A DNA stretch of 62,560 nt, counting the filler, from Sphacelaria rigidula (Eukaryota), in assembly GCA_964200075.2 (NCBI GenBank). It is 4 parts of 4 records of this genome, joined end to end, with 100 filler letters (N's around TTAATTAATTAA, not from the genome) between each part and the next. Parts side by side here need not be neighbours in the genome. Positions count along the whole stretch, not along the records: positions 15,668 to 31,232 come from CAXNAA020001696.1; positions 31,333 to 46,896 come from CAXNAA020001697.1; 2 more parts are not named here. One strand, given 5' to 3'. The notes beneath the pieces are model-generated. The model searched no databases. It saw only the letters and a program-made list of their open reading frames with translations, and had not been told where the DNA came from. Below, one piece after another: positions 27,170 through 36,811 of the stretch. The translations under genes and the position numbers were made by a program. How positions within the stretch are numbered: the stretch's first letter is position 1; each line of letters opens with the position of its first letter.

Positions 27170-27516
27170 CCAATATATACTGACCGACCAATACATTGGC
27201 ACCCACCCAGACCCAATATATATTGACTGATCAATATGTTCTCATCCATGCGACCGTAATATATATTGGTCGTGCAATATGCTGTCGCCCACGCTCCCTC
27301 AATATATATTGATGGGACAATATGTGTTCGAGCCCATTGTACCAATATATATTGCGCGGGCAAAATGTATGCAGACCCACGCCATCAATATCTACTGGGC
27401 GCGCAAGACGTGTGCAATCTAAGGCTATCAATATATATTGCCCCGGCAGTATATCGCAAAATTCCAATATGATCGACTAGTATATATTGGAAACATATTG
27501 TATCGTCCAGGATGTG
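27170..27516. mobile_element. Second right end of the CAATATATATTG element family
   Basis: Dense CAATATATATTG variants ending in ATATTGGAAACATATTGTATCGTCCAGGATGTG, similar to 24820-24850. Confidence 0.6.
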
Positions 27517-28994
27517 GTACATATATATACGTTGTGTATAATAAATGTATGTATATATACTTCTCTACATGGAGATCTTTACTGTCTACGGCAGCTGACC
27601 GCATCCGGCAACGCTTCGGCATAAACCCAGGGGACACACGGCTGGGTGTCTCCCTCCCCCGCCTCCCTCAAAAACTCGATATTTCGATGTTGGGGCCTAC
27701 GTGTCCTGATTTTCTTTATTCGCTGCCCCTTGAGCCAATCGACGAAAATCATCTCGTCAGTTTCCCCCCTGATTTTGATACCTTGACCGTTTGTTACTGG
27801 AAATTCAAGTTTGACCACAAACGAAACTGTGACCTACGGGAAATACAAAGGTGCTCTGATGTAACGGTCTCGGCGAGTAGAGCAAGTCATTCCAACGTGT
27901 CAACATCCATCCGCCTATAGTCCTCTTCTCGGGGGAAAAACGACGGAGAAGGATCAAAAGTGCACTTCGCAGCATTTTTTAGTCTTGATACGTAAAGTGT
28001 AGCCTTGGACACCACTGCACAAGCGTAAATGTTTACGCTGGAGGATACTGCACGGCTATGTTCCCTGGAGTCGCAAAAATGACCTAGAGGCCATAGTCGG
28101 TCCCTCCTCCAGAGGAGTGATGCTCATTTTCCCCTCTGATGTTCATCTTCCCCTCCAAGGGACATCTACAGGCTGGTTGACGCTTATCATCCGAAATTGT
28201 GTCATTAGCAAATGCCTTTCGCAATACCTACCCAATAGTCGCATACATGATGTCATACTGACCGTCACGGACAGCTGAAGGGCGTGACATAAGCGGATTT
28301 GAATTTAAGGTCATAGTGCTAGCGCTGAGGGCGAAAAGATATATCGTCCAATCAGCGCCCGTCCAATTGTTCCGAGATCGAAATTACGAATTGCAAGCCC
28401 AATTTCCACCCACTCTCGACATGCTTCAAATCGTGGTAACCGTCATCGGCTCGGGAATCCAACGAAAAAATACATCTTCAAACGGTTACTACGGGGTCGA
28501 ATTATACCCCAAACCGTGATGTTTCGGTGATGTCGGGTGTTGGCGTCGTCTGATTTCACCTATGATACGCACGAAAGACCCAGGGAGCCTCGTGACGGTG
28601 TCCCCTATATCTGTTGTCGAAAAGCTCAGATCATCCTCTAACTTGGTAGTTGTGTAGGTATTGATGCTCCAAATGAAAAAAATGTGTTCTTGGCTAGGGT
28701 TCAGAGTTTCTCCGTTCTCTACCGGCTTCAAGGGTCCCAGTATGGAGACAACCGGAAGGCGGTACAGAATGCCCCGAACGAAAAATGATATCATGATGCG
28801 TCCTGGGATCGTCCAAGGAACACATGCACAAAGCTTGTTGCAGAAACTCGAGAACCTCACAGAGTGTTTCTTGCCTTGACGTGGAACTCAGCGATAAAGA
28901 TATTCTCATTCCAAAACCAAGTAGTTAGAAGTTGCACATTTCAAGCCCACGCCCTCCACAAACGCGCAAACCTTGACGCCGTTATTGGGGGGTA

Positions 28995-29650
28995 GATCCT
29001 GAAATTTCGCGAAAATATGCTATGTATCACTACGCAACATTTTTTGGATCATGAGTTTTTACTTCTCGAGTTCTTCACCGTTTTTCGGGGATCCGACGGG
29101 GGTCCAGGTTGTTGTTCGAAGCAGTCTCGATTCTGGGACCCGGGAAAACCGGCACGACGATTTGTGTTTTCATTTTTTCGAGAGCGAGCTGTCCCCACAG
29201 AACCCGAGGAAGGGTCCCACACATGTTTGTCGCAAAACTCGACCAACTGATGCTTAAATTTTCATGTTCACGTCAAAGAAGGCCCAAAAGCGCCGCCTTC
29301 GTACTAAAATTAGGTAGTTTGAGGTTTCCCTGGGGTACATCAAAGTCCATCGCACGAAAGCGAAAATCCTCACGCCATTTTCAGGAGGTCGACCCTGAAC
29401 GTTTGCACAGCTGTGCTATGGGTCATTACACAACTTCGGATGAACGACGTTTTTTTATTTATTCCTCACCGTTTTACAGGGTCCGATTGAATCGATCTTT
29501 CCCGGTAAAAGTTGGAACCCTCGAAAAACGGTGGAAAAACTCAAAAAGTCGACAAACCTCGACCTTCTAAAGTTGCGTCATGCCCCATAGAACTTCTATG
29601 CAAAATTTCAGGGTCTGACTGCTTGAAACGGCGTGAGGTTTTGCCGATGA
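28995..29650. repeat. Long imperfect inverted repeat / foldback element
   Basis: GAGTTCTTCACCGTTTTTCG (about 29068) versus CGAAAAACGGTGGAAAAACTC (about 29522); CCTGAAATTT versus AAATTTCAGG; an extra internal arm at 29360-29450. Confidence 0.6.
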
Positions 29651-29902
29651 GACACTTTCTACGATAGCCCCCCTCCAAAAAGTGCATGGTTTTGGTGTGC
29701 GAAATCTTCGCGGAAATCGAAATGGGAAAATCCAAACACAACGAGCAGCTGGAAATTCCCACGCTTAGGTTCGTTCTAGCCAACGTCGCCAATATGGGGC
29801 CCTTCATGCCGCCTGACACCAACATCAGGCGCTGTTTGGCCATTCTTTCGTGACACTTTTGGGCTGTTTTTTTTGGGGGTGGAGGGTATCGTAGAAAGTG
29901 TC
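29651..29902 (-). mobile_element. MITE, copy 3 of the GACACTTTCTACGAT family
   Basis: Perfect TIR GACACTTTCTACGATA / TATCGTAGAAAGTGTC; 4-bp TSD ATGA. Confidence 0.92.
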
Positions 29903-30316
29903 ATGAGTGGTTTATGGGTGATATGCCTGAACCAGTCTGTACAAACACCACGTGCTTCAGACCACCATATTTCCGGTGCTCTGTAGGGATTCAGACGTCA
30001 GAAGTCACTGGAGCACCAGATGCCCTCCAGAGGATTCGTTTTATGACTGGAACTGAGTATGAAATACCCTCTAGGCAGTATTTTTATCATCCGGAGTGTC
30101 GCTTTACCCCCGAGAGGATGGAACTCGCGATAGAAGATTTTCAAACACGAACCGCATGGCCGCGTGTGTATTCAGTAACAAACGCGCCAAACCTCGAATA
30201 TGCGCGGTAAATACAAATGCGTGCTCGCTTTCTCTGTTATCCGAAGTAAACACGGGACGACATCGGCAGCATACGATCATGTGTTTTTATGGGCGGTGAG
30301 CGGGGGCATGCGAAGA

Positions 30317-30752
30317 AGGTGGGGGGATTATGCGGCCTACCACCCCCGGCAAAAATGAACAACAACACAATTTCGACAGTGTCGATATCCGATATCCGAT
30401 CTCGATATTGCGCCGTGCCGTCGACGAATATCTCCTTGGAAAACGGCGATCTCAATACGCCGTAATCGACGATATTTACCGGAATCGCATCGATTTCCGA
30501 TACCAGATTTGCAAGACTGCCGGAGTTGCATTTTTCTCGGAGATCTCATTTTTTGCGCAGACCGGGCAAGTGCAGAAACACTTTGCGTATTTATGTCGAC
30601 GCGACCGATCTCCGAGAAAAATGAGCGACCTCCGAAAAAAATGTAACTCTTGGTAAGGAAGAAATTGCGGCGACGGATAAAACGCACGGGTGTGCTGGAA
30701 TCGTCTCACCGAGTACCACAAGTGGTTTTGAGGTATCAACATCCCCCCACCT
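30317..30752. mobile_element. MITE-like element with internal CGATAT motif repeats
   Basis: 12-bp inverted ends AGGTGGGGGGAT / ATCCCCCCACCT; internal CGATATCCGATATCCGATCTCGATAT. Confidence 0.55.
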
Positions 30753-31069
30753 CTCTGTCAGGGCGTCATACTACTTATAAGCTCCGAAAAGGCGCTTTGC
30801 CACTTTCATATTTTTGTCTGCCATAAGGGCGTGCATCAGCACTTTCGTTTTCGATCGAATAAATGGGGCGGTGAAATCGATTTGAGCGAAATTTCCTGGG
30901 TGTGATGCAGTCGGGTCCAGATGAATTTTGGAGATTTCGATGGAAGAAAGGAGTGCAATTCGCGAAACGGTACATGGCCACTCGTGCACAGCACAGGCAG
31001 TCTGTACTGTCCACACTGCTTGCGGGCAGGGCGTCTTGAGTGTGCGTGTGCGTGTTTCATGCAGGCGGA

Positions 31070-31232
31070 CATAGAGTAAAGGCAAATGTAGAGACGTCGA
31101 AACAGGAGGAAAGTGACTCGATAGAATTGCAGAGAGAGTTTACTAGAGATGAAGTGAAGGAGTGCGTAGCTAAACTCAAGAACAGAAAGCCAGCAGGGGC
31201 AGACGGAATAGTGAATGAATTTCTGAAGTACG
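31070..31232 (+). mobile_element. Non-LTR retrotransposon (LINE) ORF2 fragment, RT N-terminal subdomain
   Basis: EFTRDEVKECVAKLKNRKPAGADGIVNEFLKY matches the K(A/S)PGxDG motif that precedes LINE RT; runs into the gap. Confidence 0.85.
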
Positions 31233-31332
31233 NNNNNNNNNNNNNNNNNNNNNNNNNNNNNNNNNNNNNNNNNNNNTTAATTAATTAANNNNNNNNNNNN
31301 NNNNNNNNNNNNNNNNNNNNNNNNNNNNNNNN
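31233..31332. other. Assembly gap with artificial spacer
   Basis: N44-TTAATTAATTAA-N44. Confidence 0.97.
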
Positions 31333-31351
31333 GTAGGCTCGCACTCACACC

Positions 31352-31520
31352 ACCAAGCGCGAAGCGCCGTGGTGTGTTCGGCGAGTCGCATGAAGGGTAA
31401 GCTGCATGCACCCTGCTAAGATTGTTCGGCTCGAAGCCTTCTGATTATCTTGCATTTGGATGACAGCATCCAATGAGTTGCTTTGCTTTCTGGTATCGTC
31501 ACTTCCAGAGACAGCCACGG
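31352..31520 (+). repeat. Dispersed repeat, also present at about 56060-56220
   Basis: CACCAAGCGCGAAGCGCCGTG...TTCGGCGAGTCGCATGAAGGGT...AAGATTGTTCGGC...TTATCTTGCAT shared by both loci. Confidence 0.85.
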
Positions 31521-31914
31521 CCTATACACTGCCTCATGGCACCACAAAACCCGGGAGGGGGGAGGGGCATGCTGCTGTGTTTCTCTTCGCCATTCCGCAG
31601 TTGTGCTGATTTATCATCCAGAAGAGCAAAACGTATTTATGCCCGGGCGCTGTCCGAGCAAGGAGACATATGCTTGTGGCTTGGAAACACCTGTGAGAAC
31701 TCTGTGTTTTACCCCCAGATGTATGTATTGTCAACTGATGCCTGGTTGCTGCCTGGAAACAGCTGTGGAAAACCCGTGTATGGGTTGGAAAGAACCGTGA
31801 AAGGTTCGTAGAATATGCGCGGAAAAATCGGCAGGAGGGAGGGGGGGTAGGGTATGGCTGCTGGACAAAAGGTTATAGGCCTCCTTCTCTGTGTTCAAAA
31901 ATAAACAATTCGAC

Positions 31915-34130
31915 GTTGCATGCAAGTGACTCGAGTAGAACTGACTTGCAAATAGTAGTTGTCTGTTGACAACTATTGGCTGAATAATTGTTTTACGTAA
32001 CTATCCTTTTGGCAACTGCACGATGAGAAACCTACGTAACCAGACACCTGCAGGCAACTGCTGGATGAGAAACATGGATGTGCAACTAGTGGCCTGTCGA
32101 CAGATTTTCGGTCGAAAAAGTCGTGCAACAAATCGCCTGTGAATCACTATCTGATGGGAAGGCTGTGCAAGAAGTTGTTGTTGTCTGTAGCTAACGGTTA
32201 ACAGTTTCACACAACTAGTTACATGCAAACAACTGTTGGCCGATAATTTCGCATAACTAGTTGCATGTGCATATTTCTTGGCCGAAACACTCGGGGCTTG
32301 TCACGGTCAAGAAACATCAAGGAGATTCCTGCCACGTGATTTTTGTTCACCAGTAAGCGTTCCCGTCCCGTCCCGGCCGAACGGGAAAGCATTCTCGTTC
32401 GGTCCCATCTTCAAAGGTTGCAGATATTTTCCGCGAGGCTTCTCGTCAAATTGGACGGGACGTCCCGGCGACGGATTTCCGTCCAAGATGACGAGAACTC
32501 GAGAATTTCTGTACATATGTGGGGTGTGGGAACATGTTTTTTTTAATGTTCAGACTCCGTTCCCTCCCGCATCCCCTTTTCAATTAATATTTTGCATGAA
32601 AGGACAAACGCTCACAATTATCGCAACCACGGCTTGCGACGGGACTCCGGGATAGGACCGTTTTCCCGTCGCAATTATGAGTCGATCCAACTACTGTTGT
32701 GGGATGTTGTGCCTCAACACCGATGGTTGCTCCTTTCTGAACAAAACCATAGCGTCATCGTGCTTGGTCGAGAGGATTCATACATACATTCCCGTGAGGA
32801 CGGAATGGGACAAGAAAATGTCACGGAAACATTCGTGTGATGAGAGGACGGGACGGGAAATCCCGTCTCATCTCATCCCGTCAGGCCCCAAAAATTACCG
32901 TCCCGTCCCGTTGTTTTCTTGGTGACGGAAATTCCCGCCTCGTCTTGTCCCGCCCTGAAGTCCCGTGGTAAACCCGGAAAACAATTGCAACTGGTTCCCC
33001 GTAAACAGCCCTCGGATGGAAATCTGGGCAACTGGTCATTTCACAGCAAGTAACTACGTGAGGTAACTACTAAACGAGGCGGTAAAGCTTACACATTGGT
33101 CGTAAACAATGATTGTTACTTGATTCTAGATTGAACATCGGCGTGCGGATCTTGAAAGGGACTGACAGTCCCCAGTGCTCCTAGCTCGTCCGGAACGGGT
33201 TTTTGTCCAAATCGATTTCAGGCCTGCCAAGGAATACTTTGCCTAGAGCAACGTTTGCACCCCGCTTACCCGAGAGATTCTCGTATGCCGTGGTTTTGGT
33301 TAAGGTCAAGATTGATGTTAGGGATAGTTCAAAATCATAAGTTTCCGAGAACGCTCCGTCGACCGCTTTTTACTACTAGAGTCTAAAACGTAAGCACCCC
33401 TAAAACGAGGCAGGTGTCGACTTTTGATACCTACTTGTAATTATGAATTACACAGCAGTAAATAGGCTGTGAGCAGATTTCACCCAAACGAGGTGCATGG
33501 TCGTGAACCAACTAGCTCTAATAAGAAAGCTATCGCTCGGACCAGCTACCAGTATTGTGCTTTTCTTTGGCGTGGACAGTGGGCCTCAAAACTGCATCCA
33601 TGGTTGTTCTGCAGATCCGTGCCCGATTTTGGCATGCGTTGCCTTATGGACGCTGACTCATGTTCCCCTACGGGCACTATGATTTTTCGCAGAGTTCGAA
33701 AATACTTTTCCCAACTCACAAACTCATAATATCAAAATTCACATTCCAATCTGATTTCTTGGGAAAGAGCGGTATTGCCTCGATAAGTCATAGGGCAACA
33801 TGACTTTGAGATGTTTTTTTTCATCCCACGTTTTCTAGATAACTGTAAAATACTAGCGCAGCTAGTCGCATGTAGACAACTACCGCATGAGAAGCTGGGC
33901 AACTAGTCGCCTGTCAACGTTTTCTTTCGAGAACGGAGTGCAACTGGTTGCCTGCACATAACTCTCCATCGAAAAATTCGAGCAACTAGTTGCCTGCACA
34001 TAGCGTTTGGTCGAAACTTTCGAGCAATTAAGTGCACGTGAACAACTCTCGACCAAAATGTCCACACAGATAGCAACTAGCCGTTCACCAGCAACTAGCC
34101 GTTTACCAGCAACTAACCACAAATAAATAA
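31915..34130. repeat. Decayed element with CAACTAGTTG-like motif arrays at both ends, containing nested insertions
   Basis: Motif clusters at 31915-32270 and 33850-34120. Confidence 0.5.
32292..32977. mobile_element. hAT-like MITE with CCCGT/GGGAC subterminal repeats
   Basis: Ends CGGGGCTTGTCACGG / CCGTGGTAAACCCGG; 8-bp flanks GAAACACT and AAAACAAT (6 of 8 match). Confidence 0.65.
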
Positions 34131-34314
34131 CAACTTCCCCCCCAGGCCCGTCTCGAAAGGGATGCGTGGTCAATGGTCAAATGACTAAGGCAAGCAACAA
34201 ATGAGTTCGCCCCCAGACGCGCTGCCAATTCGTACACTTGTGAATAGTCGTTACAATAGTTATACAAGGTGAGGGATTATCAATAGCAGGGGGCAGTCTC
34301 CGTACTGTTTGTGT

Positions 34315-34800
34315 CAGGGCTTGTCGCGGGGAAACCTCATGGGGAATCTCATGAGGCGGGAATTCCCGCCTCATCACGTTGTCTTTTTGGCGACGGGAAC
34401 GCGCTCCCGTCCAATTCCAACATCGATTTGGCGACGGGAAAGTGATCCCGTCTCGCCCCGTTGTCTTCCCGGTGACCAGAACGCGTTCCCGTTCCGTCCC
34501 AACGCAACAGTAAAACGTTCCCGTCCCGTCCGGTCCAGTCCCGTCCGGGCCTTTCCGGTCCCGTCCCATCCCGTGCCGTGCCGTGCCGTCCTCACTGGAT
34601 CGTTCACGATATTTCACGGGAATTCCCGTCATATTTGAGTACACGGTGCCAGTCCCGTGGGCCGTGTCTTATCGGGACGAAAACAACCACATACAAAGTC
34701 AAATTCGACCATGATGGGTCGCGGCGACGACAACACCCCAAAATAATCACAGTCGAATGGGATTTCTATTCGAGGAAAAGTAATGTCTGGAAAATCTTCC
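34315..34800. mobile_element. hAT-like MITE relic (CCCGT repeat family)
   Basis: Starts CAGGGCTTGTCGCGGG; CCCGTCCCGT arrays as in 32292-32977; right end unclear. Confidence 0.55.
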
Positions 34801-36811
34801 TGGAATTCGCTCAAATTGTCTGGGCTATTCGGAAAATCACATGTTTCGCACGGAAGCAAAAAAGTGCGCCATGACCGCTGTACTGCTGTACTACCGATAC
34901 GCCCAGGACAGGCGCCGCATCCCATCGCTTGATGGAGAATACTCTTGTTGAGTAGATAGCAGCCGACGTCGTGTGTCTGACACTTGTACTCCGGGGCCAG
35001 GGAATGATGAAAAAAAGGAGGCGAGAATCGAACAATCAAGCCTGAGATGGGGCAGGTGGAGGAGATGTGGGAAACTGAGACACGAACAACTGCCCCCAGA
35101 GTATTTCCGCCTGCTGCGCCTACTGCAACTGTACTGACAAGTGTCGTTACGCCGAACACCTGCTGACGGGGCCCTGAAGAGGACCCATTTTTATAGTGAA
35201 ATATTGAATGGAGCCCATGGTAGCGTCGTAAATCATGAACGTTTCGCTGCGTTCCTCTTCGGTGCATGACTCACTGTGCTGTATGGTATTTCAAACAGTA
35301 TTCGCTGAATAAGACTCGAAGCTGGTCATCGTCATCATGGTTAGCACCGCAGGTACAAGGGTAGTTTGGGAATGTGATTTTCTCGTCCGGCGGAGACAAG
35401 CCCTTACGAATTTCCAAATTTTCCGCGCGGCAACATTCTTGCGATCTAATACTGCTCAATGCCGCTTTGCCGCAGCTAGCATCCTGAGCAGCCACGCCTC
35501 ACGGCATACATATGCTCACGACGCACTGACAGGAGTAGCCCAACGAGTGTTAGCGTCGCTTGATGCATACAATGTCCAACCCGAGTATACGCCTAAGAAA
35601 AGTTACCACGGGTCACCACGGGTAGCATTAGGATGACAGCTCGGTGGTGACACTGATGAAAAAATCCTCATCGTCCAGATGTATTTCCAATGCCGATGAA
35701 TTTTTCGGCAAGTGGAAAGTGGTTGTCCGCAAAATGGAAGGACCTGCAGAACAAACAACACAACACAGTAGGCTAGACTCCTCTCGGCGAGATGGTGCAA
35801 AGCGTCCAAGACAGCAGGCAGCGGCGATGTCTCCTACTTTGGGGCCAATAGTGCTGTCAATTCTTGTCCGTATAAAAATTCTAAACAAGACATCCTCAAC
35901 CCCCTTCTTAGCATGTAGTCTCACATGTGACCTTTTGTTGCTGCCGACGCAGCCGGTGTCGGCGAAGGGCGGGCACCCCAGCCTTCGGGGCGTTTCCAAT
36001 TTATCGAATGACCTGTTCATGTTTGCATCAGCTTAGGGTTAGGAACGCTCTCATGGGACAATGTTCCGAAAACTATCTCGGAAATCCCCTCACAGGAGAA
36101 CAGTACGCCAGCCCGCGCTGCATGGTAGTACAAGCTGGGCCTTACACGAAACCGTGTATTTGCCGATAGCGCCACGCAGAGCTCCATTCTCAGAGCTGGA
36201 TCCTTAAAAATTGGACACGTGTTTCGCAATTTACTCGCCGAAACATTCATTGCCACTCTGGCTCTTTTTTCTTTTACTGAAATGAACCGAACTCGGTGTC
36301 TCTTGTTGATAGAAGTTCGAGAGTGAAGCGTCGAAAAGCCAAGGGTGAAAATTTGTGTATCACGCGTCAAAGTTTTGCAGATGTTTCAGATCCCACCTCC
36401 AAAAAATGACTTTGATTTCGTGATACATTTATTTGCAAATGTTTGCACAAATATCGCTCTGTATACAAACGCGCATACATAATGAGTTTCGGCTATAACG
36501 TTCGAACGATCAGGGATCACGGAATGAGATTTTCACGGCCTTTTTTCCGACTTGGGAGTTACACTCCCGAAGACTTTGAGCAACTTCGGAGGGAAATTTT
36601 TCCATGAGAATTTTTCAATAGAGCTGATGACAAAACAAAGTGCTCAGAGACGCGAGTGATACGATGCCAACACTTAATTGGCGGAGTTCTGAGCTGGATG
36701 GCCACGCGTGACCGCTCCAACTACCCAAATGCACTGTTACGTTCAGCCTGCCCTGACTTCGTGTCATTGAAAATATATTATCCTCTGACACATTTGTGAT
36801 TCATTGGCCAG

